The notes under the pieces are model-generated. The model was not told the DNA's origin. It saw only the letters and a program-made list of their open reading frames with translations, and did no database searches. Shown in pieces: positions 1 through 9,145 of a stretch of DNA of 64,000 nucleotides. The position numbers were made by a program, and so were the translations under genes. The stretch lies in the NCBI GenBank assembly GCA_017537345.1, contig JAFYKY010000004.1:43126-107125 (forward strand), given 5' to 3'. Position 1 is the first letter of the stretch. The number at the start of each line of letters is the position of its first letter. The DNA comes from Clostridia bacterium (GTDB taxonomy: Bacteria; Bacillota; Clostridia; Oscillospirales; CAG-382).

Positions 1-55
1 TAATGTTCTTGCTCATTCAGTTACGTTCGGAATTAAGCGGAGGTCAGATAGTTGT

Positions 56-1258
56 ATGTCTGTTTCACAAATAATCACAGATGACAATAAAATATCCGCT
101 TTCTTCAAATACGGAGCGGCGGTGGACGTGGGCACCACCACGGTAGTGCTTAAGCTGTATTCTGCCGACGGTGTATGTGTGGGTGTATCGTCTGCTCTTA
201 ACCCCCAGCGCGAATTTTCTGCAGACGTTATCGGCAGAATTTCCAAAGCGCTTTTTGGGGAAGGGGAAAGCCTGCAAAACAGCGTAACCGATTGCATCAC
301 CCGTCTTTTGACCGAAGCGTGCGGCTCGGCAGGTATACATAATACCGATGTTGACCGTATGGTAATAACGGGAAACACCGCAATGCTGTATCTGCTCACG
401 GGAAGAGATCCTGTTTCGATTTCCCGTTTTCCCTTTAAGCCGGACTGTCTGTTCGGGGAATGGGTGGAATTTTTGGGGATAAAAACCTATCTCGCTCCTT
501 GTATTTCCGCTTTCGTAGGGGGAGATACCGTTTGCGCCTTGCTTTCTTCGGGTATTCTTTGCAAAAAAGAAACCGCCCTTCTTTGCGATATAGGCACAAA
601 CGGAGAGATTGCCTTGTATAAAAACGGCGCTCTTTACGTAACCTCCGTTGCCGCGGGGCCCGCTTTTGAGGGCGGCGGGATATCCTGCGGATGCTCGGCG
701 GCTTCGGGCGCGGTCTACCGTGTCTGGGCAGAGGACGGGGAAATATATTCCCATACCATAGAAAACGCAAACGCTATCGGCATTTGCGGTTCGGGGCTCA
801 TCGATGCATTAAGCGCGTTTCTTGAGGAAGGCTGTATAGATACCGAAGGCACGGCTATGCGCCCCCTCGTTATACGGGCAAAGGGGAAAAGCATTTCTCT
901 TACCCAAAAGGATATACGGGCGCTTCAGCTTGCAAAATCCGCCGTGGCGGCAGGGATCGAATGTATGCTCTCCCGCACGGGCACGGAGGTTGGCGATATA
1001 AAAACCTTGTATATTTCGGGCGCGTTCGGAACAAAGATCGATCCGCAAAGCGCGGTAAATATCGGACTTTTTCCAAGCGGCTTAAAAGATAAAACCCATT
1101 TCATCGGCAACGGCGCGCTGGACGGCGCTTCCAAAATGCTGTTTGATAATTCGTCCTTCGCCTTTTCAAAAGAACTTTCCGCAAAGGCAAAAACTCTGTT
1201 TTTGGGCGGCAGTAAGGATTTTAACCAAAGCTTTATAAAAAACATCTCTTTTAAGTAA
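56..1258 (+). CDS. ASKHA (actin-like ATPase) fold protein, DUF4445 / RACo C-terminal-like
   Basis: 400 aa ORF with GGAGG RBS 9 nt upstream. Two actin-fold phosphate motifs are present: VDVGTTTVVLKL near the N-terminus and DIGTNGEIAL in the middle. There is no ferredoxin domain. Confidence 0.45.
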   Translation: MSVSQIITDDNKISAFFKYGAAVDVGTTTVVLKLYSADGVCVGVSSALNPQREFSADVIGRISKALFGEGESLQNSVTDCITRLLTEACGSAGIHNTDVDRMVITGNTAMLYLLTGRDPVSISRFPFKPDCLFGEWVEFLGIKTYLAPCISAFVGGDTVCALLSSGILCKKETALLCDIGTNGEIALYKNGALYVTSVAAGPAFEGGGISCGCSAASGAVYRVWAEDGEIYSHTIENANAIGICGSGLIDALSAFLEEGCIDTEGTAMRPLVIRAKGKSISLTQKDIRALQLAKSAVAAGIECMLSRTGTEVGDIKTLYISGAFGTKIDPQSAVNIGLFPSGLKDKTHFIGNGALDGASKMLFDNSSFAFSKELSAKAKTLFLGGSKDFNQSFIKNISFK

Positions 1259-1287
1259 AAAATCACCTCTTTACGAGGTGATTTTTG
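1257..1287. terminator. bidirectional rho-independent terminator between convergent genes
   Basis: Perfect hairpin AAAAATCACCTC-TTTACGA-GGTGATTTTT flanked by an A-run and a T-run. Confidence 0.7.
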
Positions 1288-1298
1288 CGTTGTAAGGG

Positions 1299-2213
1299 TT
1301 ACTCGATTTCTTCAATTCTCCAAGTTTTATTTGTAAAGTCAATTATCAGACGATAAACTTTCCAAGGTTCCAATTTTATGTCATTTGTCCCGTGGTTTCG
1401 ATCAAATACTATACTTCCACTAACAGCGCTTCCGCTATTTACTTTCAAATATACACCGCGGTATCCTTTTGTTTCTGGTATATCAGCGATTGTGAATTGG
1501 GAAGTTTCGTAACGAAAAATATTATTATTTGTCGGCGAATTGTTTTCTATTATCGCTTCGTATATGCCGGTAACTTCTGTTGAAATGAGTTCAAAAGATT
1601 TACCGCCATCGGTTGTAACGCCTATAGTTCCTACTACCGTGCCCGGCTTTATTTTACCGCAGATACATACGTTATCAGTGTAGGTATGTTCGCTTGAAAC
1701 CGCAGTTTCGCTGTCGGTATATTCATCGCCGCAGAGGGTGCAGGTATGGGTGGTATAACCGCCGCTTTGGCAGGTGGGCGGGGTAACGACGGAATTGTAG
1801 GAATGCCCGCATCCCGCCTGAACGGAGCCTTGCATAAAATACAGTCCGTTTATTCCCAATGCGCTTAAGGCACAGCCTGCGGATTCGTCCTCTGAAGTTT
1901 CGGGGTTGTCAAACGCCGCTTTTAAGGCTTCTTTATCGGTTTCGTAAACACCCATAGAAGCGCCGTTTTTAAGCACCACCACCTTGTTTTCCGTTTTATA
2001 AAAAACGTATTCCGCGGTGTTTCCTCCCGCCGCGCTTTCGATCAGATATTCGGTATACGCCCCCGCAGCCTCCTGCACGGCGGCGCTTTCGCGGGCTTTT
2101 TCCACAGCGTTTCCGAAAGCGTGAATAAGCACAGCCGCCAGCACGGCGATAACGGCTATTACTATAACAAGTTCAACCACGGTAAAACCGCGCCTTTTTA
2201 CTGCTTTATTCAT
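1299..2213 (-). CDS. type IV prepilin-like protein (N-terminal cleavage/methylation domain) with Cys-rich C-terminal domain
   Basis: N-terminus MNKAVKRRG/FTVVELVIVIAVIAVLAAVLI is a class III signal: G-F cleavage site, Glu at +5 and a hydrophobic helix. The C-terminal half carries 8 Cys in CxxC-like pairs (CTLCGDEY...CICGK). The ORF-track start at 2252 is TTG; ATG at 2213 gives a normal leader length. Confidence 0.6.
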   Translation of the reverse strand: MNKAVKRRGFTVVELVIVIAVIAVLAAVLIHAFGNAVEKARESAAVQEAAGAYTEYLIESAAGGNTAEYVFYKTENKVVVLKNGASMGVYETDKEALKAAFDNPETSEDESAGCALSALGINGLYFMQGSVQAGCGHSYNSVVTPPTCQSGGYTTHTCTLCGDEYTDSETAVSSEHTYTDNVCICGKIKPGTVVGTIGVTTDGGKSFELISTEVTGIYEAIIENNSPTNNNIFRYETSQFTIADIPETKGYRGVYLKVNSGSAVSGSIVFDRNHGTNDIKLEPWKVYRLIIDFTNKTWRIEEIE

Positions 2214-2313
2214 ATTCCCGCCCCGCTTTCGGATCTTTTTATAATTTTTCAATACGATTATGACATACCCTTAAGTAAATGTCAAGTTTTTAAAGCCCAA
2301 AGTCATTATTATA

Positions 2314-2342
2314 TTGAAAAACAAATGCGCTTATGGTATAAT
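2314..2342 (+). promoter_or_regulatory. sigma-A type promoter for the ABC transporter operon
   Basis: TTGAAA (2314-2319), 17 nt spacer, TATAAT (2337-2342). Confidence 0.55.
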
Positions 2343-2389
2343 TAACCGAATGTATATACTTTGTGCTTGCGCAAAGAAAGGAGAAACGT

Positions 2390-3280
2390 ATGGAAAACAA
2401 AAGCTTTAAAGCATGGCTGTATTTACTGCCTGCGGTTTTGTTTTTGGGGGTATTTTTGGTATATCCTCTTGTTGACGTTTTTATTTATTCCTTTGAAGAG
2501 GGGTATAACTACGCCTCACAGACATTTTTCGGAATAGGATTTTATAACTATTCCTACGTTTTGCACGACCCGTACTTTTTGCAGGCGGTACAAAACACTC
2601 TCATACTCGTGTTTATAACCGTGCCCGTTTCCACGGGGCTTTCTTTGCTCATTTCAGTGGCGTTAAGCTCTGTAAAAGCGTTGCGCAAAGCGTTCCAGAC
2701 CATATATTTTCTCCCTTACGTTACAAACACTCTGGCTGTGGGTCTGGTGTTTATGATACTGTTTAAAAAGACGGAATATACCGAAGGACTTGCCAATATG
2801 GTGATAAACCTTTTCGGCTTTAATTCGGTGGATTTTATCGAAGGTCCTTACTGGGCAAAAATGCTGGTGCTTTGCATATATACGGTATGGATAGTAATGC
2901 CCTTCAAGGTGCTGGTGCTTACAAGCGCGCTGGCTTCCGTAAAGCAGGATTATTACGATTCCGCCAGAGTAGACGGAACTTCAAAATGGCGCATTTTCAC
3001 CCGTATTACCGTTCCCATGATCTCGCCTATGCTGTTTTATCTTGTAATAACCGGCTTTATAGGTGCATTCAAGGCGTACAGCGATGCGGTTGCGCTGTTC
3101 GGTACAAACCTGAACACTGCGGAAATGAACACCATTGTAGGCTACGTATACGATATGCTGTACGGGGACAGCGGAGGATATCCCTCTTTTGCTTCCGCCG
3201 CGGCGATAATATTGTTTGCTATAGTGCTTACCATCACATGCATTAACCTTTTGGTAAGCAAAAAGCACGTGCATTATTAA
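2390..3280 (+). CDS. carbohydrate ABC transporter permease (CUT1, MalF/UgpA-like)
   Basis: AAGGAG RBS before ATG 2390. Multi-TM protein with the binding-protein-dependent transport EAA-like loop (VKQDYYDSARVDGTSKWRIF). Confidence 0.8.
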   Translation: MENKSFKAWLYLLPAVLFLGVFLVYPLVDVFIYSFEEGYNYASQTFFGIGFYNYSYVLHDPYFLQAVQNTLILVFITVPVSTGLSLLISVALSSVKALRKAFQTIYFLPYVTNTLAVGLVFMILFKKTEYTEGLANMVINLFGFNSVDFIEGPYWAKMLVLCIYTVWIVMPFKVLVLTSALASVKQDYYDSARVDGTSKWRIFTRITVPMISPMLFYLVITGFIGAFKAYSDAVALFGTNLNTAEMNTIVGYVYDMLYGDSGGYPSFASAAAIILFAIVLTITCINLLVSKKHVHY

Positions 3281-3296
3281 GGGAGGATAGGGTTTT

Positions 3297-4175
3297 ATGG
3301 AAAATAAAAGCACAAATTACTCCCAATTAGAGAAAAATGCAAACATAAAGCGTATTGCCGCAAAAACGGTGGTTTACACCTTTTTGGCGTTGTGGGCTGT
3401 GGTAGTATTGTTTCCGTTTTATTGGATGGTGCTTACCTCTGTAAAAAGCTATGCTTCCTACAGTTCGGAATTCATACCCAAGTTTTTCACCCTTTCTCCC
3501 ACTTTCCAAAACTATATAGATGCATTTACCATGGTGTCCCTGGGAAGATATTTTTTAAACACACTTATCTTTACCCTTGTTACCACCGCACTTATGCTTT
3601 TTATAACCATCCCTGCCGCTTTTGCCTTTTCCCGTCTTAACTTCAAGGGCAAAAATCTGGTTTTCACTTTGTTTTTATCCCTTATGATGATACCAAGCGA
3701 ATTGGTGGTTATTACAAATTACACTACCGTAACAAATTTCGAGCTGCGCAACACCTTCGCGGGACTTATACTCCCTTCCGTTGCATCGGTATTTTATATT
3801 TATCTGCTTAAAGAAAACTTTGCTCAGGTGCCCGATGAACTGTATTACGCCGCCAAGGTGGACGGAACTACAGATCTGAAGTATCTGTTCAAGGTTATGA
3901 TCCCTATATGCAAGCCCACTATCGTAACCATTACTATTTTAAAGGTTATCGAATGCTGGAATTCTTACGTTTGGCCCAGATTGGTTACGGACAAGGAAAC
4001 CCATTTTCTTGTGTCCAACGGTATTCAGGCAATACGTGAATCCGGCTTCGGCAGAGAAAATATCCCCGCAATGATGGCGGCAGTGGTGGCTATATCCGTT
4101 CCGCTTGTTGTTCTGTTTCTTGTTTTCAGAAACAAGATTATGGAAGGCGTGGCGAGAGGAGGTACCAAAGGATGA
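3297..4175 (+). CDS. carbohydrate ABC transporter permease (CUT1, MalG/UgpE-like)
   Basis: GGGAGG RBS. Six TM segments and a conserved EAA loop (YYAAKVDGTTDLKYLFKVMIP). Directly follows the first permease. Confidence 0.8.
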   Translation: MENKSTNYSQLEKNANIKRIAAKTVVYTFLALWAVVVLFPFYWMVLTSVKSYASYSSEFIPKFFTLSPTFQNYIDAFTMVSLGRYFLNTLIFTLVTTALMLFITIPAAFAFSRLNFKGKNLVFTLFLSLMMIPSELVVITNYTTVTNFELRNTFAGLILPSVASVFYIYLLKENFAQVPDELYYAAKVDGTTDLKYLFKVMIPICKPTIVTITILKVIECWNSYVWPRLVTDKETHFLVSNGIQAIRESGFGRENIPAMMAAVVAISVPLVVLFLVFRNKIMEGVARGGTKG

Positions 4176-5758
4176 AAAAAATATTTGCGTTTTTCCTTTT
4201 ATTTACCCTTTGTCTGCCCTTGCTGGCAGGATGCCACGGTTCCAAAGGGCTTGAAGAGTTCGTGCTCCCCGAAGAGTTCGATACTTCACGTAACTTTACC
4301 ATCTCTTTCTGGGCGAAAAATGATACCAACAACACCCAGGTAGCCATTTACAAAAAAGCCATTGAGGATTTTGAAAAATGCTACCCCAACATTAAAGTTG
4401 ACGTTAAGTGGTATACCGATTACGGCAGAATATATAATGACGTAATTACAAATATTTCCACCCAGACCACCCCCAACGTGTGCATAACCTATCCCGACCA
4501 TATAGCGACCTATATTACGGGCACGAATGTCGTGGTACCGTTGGACAGTCTGCTCCGTAATGAAAAATACGGGCTTGGAGGAAGTAAGGTCGATTTTGAC
4601 GCTCCCACAGCAGAAGAGGTTATACCCAAGTTTCTGGAAGAGGGCAAGATAAACGGAGTAACCTATGCTTTGCCCTTTATGCGCTCTACCGAGGCTTGCT
4701 ACGTAAACAAAACCTACGTGGAATCTTTGGGCTATAAAATTCCCGAAAAGCTTACCTGGGATTTCCTTTGGGAGGTTTCGGCTGCCGCAATGGCAAAAAA
4801 CGAAGACGGAACATACAAAATAAACGGTCAGAAGGTGCTTATACCCTTCATATACAAATCTACGGATAATATGATGATACAGTACCTCAAGCAAGCAGGC
4901 GGCGGTTATTCCACAGAGGAAGGCGATATCCTTATCTTCAACGATACCGCAAAGGAATTTCTGTATGATATTGCCGAAAGCGTAAAGATAGGCGCTTTTT
5001 CCACTTTCAAAATATCCAGCTATCCCGGCAACTATTTCAACGCGGGGCAGTGTATATTCGCCATAGATTCCACGGCGGGCGCTACCTGGATCGGTTCGAA
5101 ATCTCCTCATTCGGATATAGCCGAAGAAAACAAGGTGGAATTCGAAACCGTGGTTATGGAAATCCCTCAGGCGGATACGGAAAACCCCAAAATGATATCC
5201 CAGGGGCCTTCCGTCTGCGTGTTCAATAAAGCCGACCCTCAGGAGGTTCTGGCTTCCTGGCTGTTCACCCAGTTTTTACTCACCAACGAGGTACAGATCG
5301 CATATTCTCAAACCGAAGGATACGTTCCCGTAACCTCAAAGGCGCAGGAAAGCGATGAATACAAGGATTATCTTTCCCGCAGGGGCGAAGATGACGATAT
5401 GTACTATTACGTAAAGCTGGATGCGGCGAAGCTTCTTATAGATAACGTGGAAAATACCTTTATAACCCCCGTGTTCAACGGAAGCGCGTCCTTGCGTAAC
5501 GCGGCGGGACAGCTTATAGAAAATACCGCAAAATCCACAAGACGTAACGAAACGGTGGACGAAGCGTATATAGCTGATCTGTATAAAGACGTTACTTCCC
5601 TTTACAGATTGGACCAGACCGCAAGTAATTCTGTGGCAAAACAGGATTTCGGGCCTATGCCCGTAATGGCGGTTTCGCTCATCGCCGGCATTTCGGTAAT
5701 ATGGATATGTATCGGAATATATCAAGGGGTAACAGTTGTGAAAAACCGCAAAAAATAA
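4172..5758 (+). CDS. ABC transporter extracellular solute-binding lipoprotein (family 1) with extra C-terminal TM helix
   Basis: Start overlaps the permease stop (ATGA). Lipoprotein signal LLAGC. Large periplasmic-binding-fold body. C-terminal hydrophobic segment AVSLIAGISVIWICIGIY followed by KNRKK. Confidence 0.7.
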   Translation: MKKIFAFFLLFTLCLPLLAGCHGSKGLEEFVLPEEFDTSRNFTISFWAKNDTNNTQVAIYKKAIEDFEKCYPNIKVDVKWYTDYGRIYNDVITNISTQTTPNVCITYPDHIATYITGTNVVVPLDSLLRNEKYGLGGSKVDFDAPTAEEVIPKFLEEGKINGVTYALPFMRSTEACYVNKTYVESLGYKIPEKLTWDFLWEVSAAAMAKNEDGTYKINGQKVLIPFIYKSTDNMMIQYLKQAGGGYSTEEGDILIFNDTAKEFLYDIAESVKIGAFSTFKISSYPGNYFNAGQCIFAIDSTAGATWIGSKSPHSDIAEENKVEFETVVMEIPQADTENPKMISQGPSVCVFNKADPQEVLASWLFTQFLLTNEVQIAYSQTEGYVPVTSKAQESDEYKDYLSRRGEDDDMYYYVKLDAAKLLIDNVENTFITPVFNGSASLRNAAGQLIENTAKSTRRNETVDEAYIADLYKDVTSLYRLDQTASNSVAKQDFGPMPVMAVSLIAGISVIWICIGIYQGVTVVKNRKK

Positions 5759-5767
5759 TCGCGGGTA

Positions 5768-5796
5768 TTGACTTATTATCAAAAACTGTGTATAAT
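5768..5796 (+). promoter_or_regulatory. strong sigma-A promoter
   Basis: TTGACT, 17 nt spacer, TATAAT directly upstream of the lipoprotein gene at 5846. Confidence 0.6.
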
Positions 5797-5845
5797 TGCA
5801 GTAGTTTCCTAAACTAAAAAATATTTTAAAAAGGTGTGGAAAAAA

Positions 5846-6532
5846 ATGAAAAAGATTATTGTTTTGGCAATGGCTTTCGTAATGGTTCTCGGTCTTGCTA
5901 GCTGTGGCAAAGATATTCACGCTAAGTCCGAAGGCGTTATGACCTATTCCGAATACGCAGCAGCAGCTCTCGAAGCAGAAGTTGTTATCGAAGCTTTCGT
6001 TCAGGGCAAGCAGTCCTGGTGGGACAATAAGGGTACCTTCTATCTTCAGGATAAAGACGGCGGCTACTTCGTATACGAAATGGCTTGCACCGAAGAAGAG
6101 TACAACAAGCTTACCGTTGGTACCAAGATCAAGGTTACCGGCTACAAGGCTGAATGGTCCGGCGAAGTTGAGATCGTTGACGCTAAGTTCGAAATTCTCG
6201 AAGGCACCTATGTTGCAGAGCCTACCGACGTTACCGCTCTTCTCGGCAAGGATGAGCTTGTTGAAAAGCAGAATATGCTTGTTTCCTTCAGCTCTCTTAC
6301 CATCGTAAGCGTTTCTTATAAGAACGACGAACCCGGCGACGATATTTACGTAACCGTTTCCAAGGACGGCGCAAACTATGATTTCTGCGTAGAGCTTTAC
6401 CTCACCGGTCCCGAAACCGACGTATACAAGGCGTTTGCTGACCTTAAGGCAGGCGACGTTGTTGATATCGAGGGCTTCCTCTACTGGTACAACGGTGTTA
6501 ACACCCACATCACTTCCGTAGTTAAGAAGTAA
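5846..6532 (+). CDS. lipoprotein of unknown function with two OB-fold-like repeats
   Basis: Signal peptide plus lipobox LASC. Two similar beta-rich units (GTKIKVTGYKAEWSGEVEIV and GDVVDIEGFLYWYNGVNTHI) resemble BOF/YgiW-type OB folds. Codon usage is strongly biased (cgt, ggt, atc, ttc), typical of highly expressed genes. Confidence 0.5.
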   Translation: MKKIIVLAMAFVMVLGLASCGKDIHAKSEGVMTYSEYAAAALEAEVVIEAFVQGKQSWWDNKGTFYLQDKDGGYFVYEMACTEEEYNKLTVGTKIKVTGYKAEWSGEVEIVDAKFEILEGTYVAEPTDVTALLGKDELVEKQNMLVSFSSLTIVSVSYKNDEPGDDIYVTVSKDGANYDFCVELYLTGPETDVYKAFADLKAGDVVDIEGFLYWYNGVNTHITSVVKK

Positions 6533-6548
6533 TTTAAATTTAAGCATT

Positions 6549-6580
6549 AAAAAATCACCTCGTAATGAGGTGATTTTTTA
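6549..6580. terminator. bidirectional rho-independent terminator
   Basis: AAAAATCACCTC-GTAAT-GAGGTGATTTTTT. Near-identical stem to the terminator at 1257-1287. Confidence 0.7.
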
Positions 6581-6591
6581 TTATCGGGTGA

Positions 6592-7536
6592 TTATTTCTC
6601 GGGGCAATAAAAATATTTAAATTCCGAATACTTTTCTACGTATTCCGCACGATTAATATCGGTTAAAGAATAAGCGGTAAGCACACCGTATTCGTCATAC
6701 GTGTAACGGTGGACATATTTTATCTCGTTATATTCGCCTATATTGTAATTCTCCAGCATTTTAACCAAATTGTTGTGCTCATCGTAGGTGTATTCTATTA
6801 ATCGGTTGGTGCCTGCGCTTTCTTTTACAAGGTTTCCGTTTTGATCGTATTCGAAAACAAAAACGGTGCCATATTCGTTTTTCTTTTCGGTAAGCTGACC
6901 TTGCTCGTTATACGTAAAATAAGTAGTTTCGTCTTGGGTAAGATCGTACATAGATGTTTTTCTGCCGTTTTCATCGTATTCAAATTCGTACTCAAGATAA
7001 TAAGGCCATCCGATCGCTTCATCGATATACTCTTTTACGATATCCCCATGCTCGTTATAGGTGTAGGTAATACTGCTGTTTTCAGTCTTGGTTTTGTTGG
7101 AGGATTCATAGGAGCCGGTGTAAGGAGAAACTTTTTTAACAGCCTCTTTTACCAATCTTCCCATTTCATCGTAGGTATAAGTGTAGGTTTTGGTGACATC
7201 ATTGCGAAACTCTTCCGCCTTGCTCAAAAGCACGCCCGTTTCGTCATAGCTGTATTCGCAGACATAGTATTTTGGTTTCGATTGCGAAGAACCGTTACCT
7301 TTTGCCTTAAGGGGAAGCACCTTAAAGTCGGCAAGCATTTCTTTTGCTTCGGGATAATCGCAAATGCTGTATAAAGCCTTGTACGCATCCTCGTAGTTGC
7401 CGTCATCAATAAACTTTTGCGCTGTTTCCAGTATCTCGCTGTAATTTGCTTCTTCGCCGACGGAAGTGTTTTCGTGTTCGCAGGAAGAAAGCAAAACGCA
7501 TATAAGCACAAGAACAACAGATAAAATTCTTTTCAT
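6592..7536 (-). CDS. YD-repeat (RHS-type repeat) containing lipoprotein
   Basis: Lipoprotein signal LLSSC. Repeated YTYDEMGRLVKE / YTYDEHNNLVK / YEFEYDENGRK / FEYDQNGNLVKE motifs typical of YD repeats. Only 314 aa, with no toxin domain. Confidence 0.6.
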   Translation of the reverse strand: MKRILSVVLVLICVLLSSCEHENTSVGEEANYSEILETAQKFIDDGNYEDAYKALYSICDYPEAKEMLADFKVLPLKAKGNGSSQSKPKYYVCEYSYDETGVLLSKAEEFRNDVTKTYTYTYDEMGRLVKEAVKKVSPYTGSYESSNKTKTENSSITYTYNEHGDIVKEYIDEAIGWPYYLEYEFEYDENGRKTSMYDLTQDETTYFTYNEQGQLTEKKNEYGTVFVFEYDQNGNLVKESAGTNRLIEYTYDEHNNLVKMLENYNIGEYNEIKYVHRYTYDEYGVLTAYSLTDINRAEYVEKYSEFKYFYCPEK

Positions 7537-7556
7537 AATTACCTCTGTGGTAAAAA

Positions 7557-8774
7557 TTATCTTATGCCGTATTTTTCGATTATAAAGTCCATATCCTTGT
7601 CGCCTCTGCCGGAAAGACAGATAAGCACAGAACCTTTACCCATAGTCTTTGCAAGCTTGATACCGTATGCAACTGCGTGGGAGCTTTCGATAGCGGGGAT
7701 AATACCTTCCAATCTGGAAAGGGTGAAGAACGCGTCTATGGTTTCGTCGTCGGAAACCACATCGTATTTTACTCTGCCCAGATCGTGGAGGAAAGCGTGT
7801 TCGGGACCGGAGGAGGGGTAGTCAAGACCGCTGGCTACGGAATATACGGGGGCGGGATCGCCGTTTTCGTCCTTAAGCATAATGCTGTTGAATCCGTGCA
7901 TAATGCCCTCGGTACCGTATTTAAGGCTTGCGGCGTGGTCGCCCAGTGCGGTGCCTCTGCCCAAAGGCTCAACGCCGTAAATATCCACGGGATAATTAAG
8001 GAAGCCGGAGAACATACCCATCGAATTCGAGCCGCCGCCGACGCATGCAACCACCGCATCGGGCAGTTCGCCTGTCATTTCAATAAACTGCTCTCTTGCT
8101 TCAATGCCCACAATGCTCTGGAAATCTCTTACCATCATAGGGAAGGGGTGAGGACCCACAACGGAGCCGATACAGTATATAGCATCCTTGTATTCTCTTG
8201 CGTATGCGTCAAACGCCGCGTCTGCCGCTTCTTTAAGGGTAGCAAGACCGTGGGTAACCTCAATAACGTTTGCGCCAAGTATTTTCATTCTTGCAACGTT
8301 GGGCGCCTGCTTCTTAATGTCAACGCTTCCCATATACACGTCACATTCCAAGCCAAAATATGCGGCAGCGGTAGCGATTGCAACACCGTGCTGTCCTGCG
8401 CCGGTTTCTGCAATAACCTTCTTTTTGCCCATATACTTTGCAAGCAGAGCTTCACCCATACAGTGGTTAAGCTTGTGTGCGCCGGTGTGGTTAAGGTCTT
8501 CTCTCTTTACGTAAAGCTGAACGTTGCCAAGCGAGGTGGAAAGGCGCTCCAGATGGGAAATAGGGGTAGGTCTGCCCTGAAATTCCTTGCGTATGCGGCG
8601 CAATTCGCTTATAAACTTGCTGGATTTACAAATGGTGAAATATGCTTCGGTGATTTCATCCATCGCCTTTTGCAGTTCGGGGGAAATAAAGGATCCGCCG
8701 TATTTACCAAAATAACCTTTTTCATCGGGGTAATTTTTAAGATATGTATCGAAGTCGATTCCGTTGAATTTCAT
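7557..8774 (-). CDS. trpB: tryptophan synthase beta subunit
   Basis: AAAGGAG RBS. PLP-fold motifs HTGAHKLNH and GAGQHGVA, and the C-terminal GGGSNS-like region. 405 aa. No trpA neighbour. Confidence 0.85.
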   Translation of the reverse strand: MKFNGIDFDTYLKNYPDEKGYFGKYGGSFISPELQKAMDEITEAYFTICKSSKFISELRRIRKEFQGRPTPISHLERLSTSLGNVQLYVKREDLNHTGAHKLNHCMGEALLAKYMGKKKVIAETGAGQHGVAIATAAAYFGLECDVYMGSVDIKKQAPNVARMKILGANVIEVTHGLATLKEAADAAFDAYAREYKDAIYCIGSVVGPHPFPMMVRDFQSIVGIEAREQFIEMTGELPDAVVACVGGGSNSMGMFSGFLNYPVDIYGVEPLGRGTALGDHAASLKYGTEGIMHGFNSIMLKDENGDPAPVYSVASGLDYPSSGPEHAFLHDLGRVKYDVVSDDETIDAFFTLSRLEGIIPAIESSHAVAYGIKLAKTMGKGSVLICLSGRGDKDMDFIIEKYGIR

Positions 8775-9090
8775 TTTGCTTTTTCTCCTTTATAAATAAA
8801 AATCCTTGGCAGAAATATACCATCTGCCAAGGACGAATAATTACTTTTTTTATTCGCGGTGCCACCTTGATTCACGGCAAAACCGTGCTCTTTCCGGAAT
8901 ACTGCATATTCCCGACAACTTACGTATGTCCCCACGTCGCAGAATACTCTGTGCAGTATATGCACATTTGACTGCGCCCTCCGCGGTCCATTTAACAAAC
9001 CGGTTCTTGCCTGCATCTCAGCTGCGCAGGCTCTCTGTAAAGTCGTTTTTTGTTTTTATCTCCGCATCAACGGTTTAAAATATTGTATTT
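8775..9090 (-). ncRNA. T-box riboswitch leader (probable Trp specifier) upstream of trpB
   Basis: Minus-strand leader contains the conserved T-box sequence AATCAAGGTGGCACCGCG (plus strand 8855-8872). It is followed by terminator hairpin TCCTTGGCAG...CTGCCAAGGA and a T-run (plus strand about 8800-8834). There is an AGAGA stem I element, and the candidate specifier AAUGGA contains UGG. Confidence 0.7.
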
Positions 9091-9096
9091 TAATGC

Positions 9097-9125
9097 ATTA
9101 TATCACCGCAAATATGCATTGTCAA
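9097..9125 (-). promoter_or_regulatory. sigma-A promoter driving the T-box-trpB transcript
   Basis: On the minus strand: TTGACA, 17 nt spacer, TATAAT. Confidence 0.6.
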
Positions 9126-9145
9126 TAGTGTTTTGCGTAAATTTA

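Noticed and set aside
5336-6547. 403 aa ORF on minus strand spanning SBP 3-prime end and the lipoprotein gene
   Set aside because: Crosses a promoter, a gene start and a terminator of well-supported plus-strand genes. Compositionally odd protein.
7677-8795. 372 aa ORF on plus strand antisense to trpB
   Set aside because: Shadow ORF. The opposite strand encodes a protein with unmistakable TrpB motifs, and this frame is Gly/Val/Ala-rich junk with no RBS.
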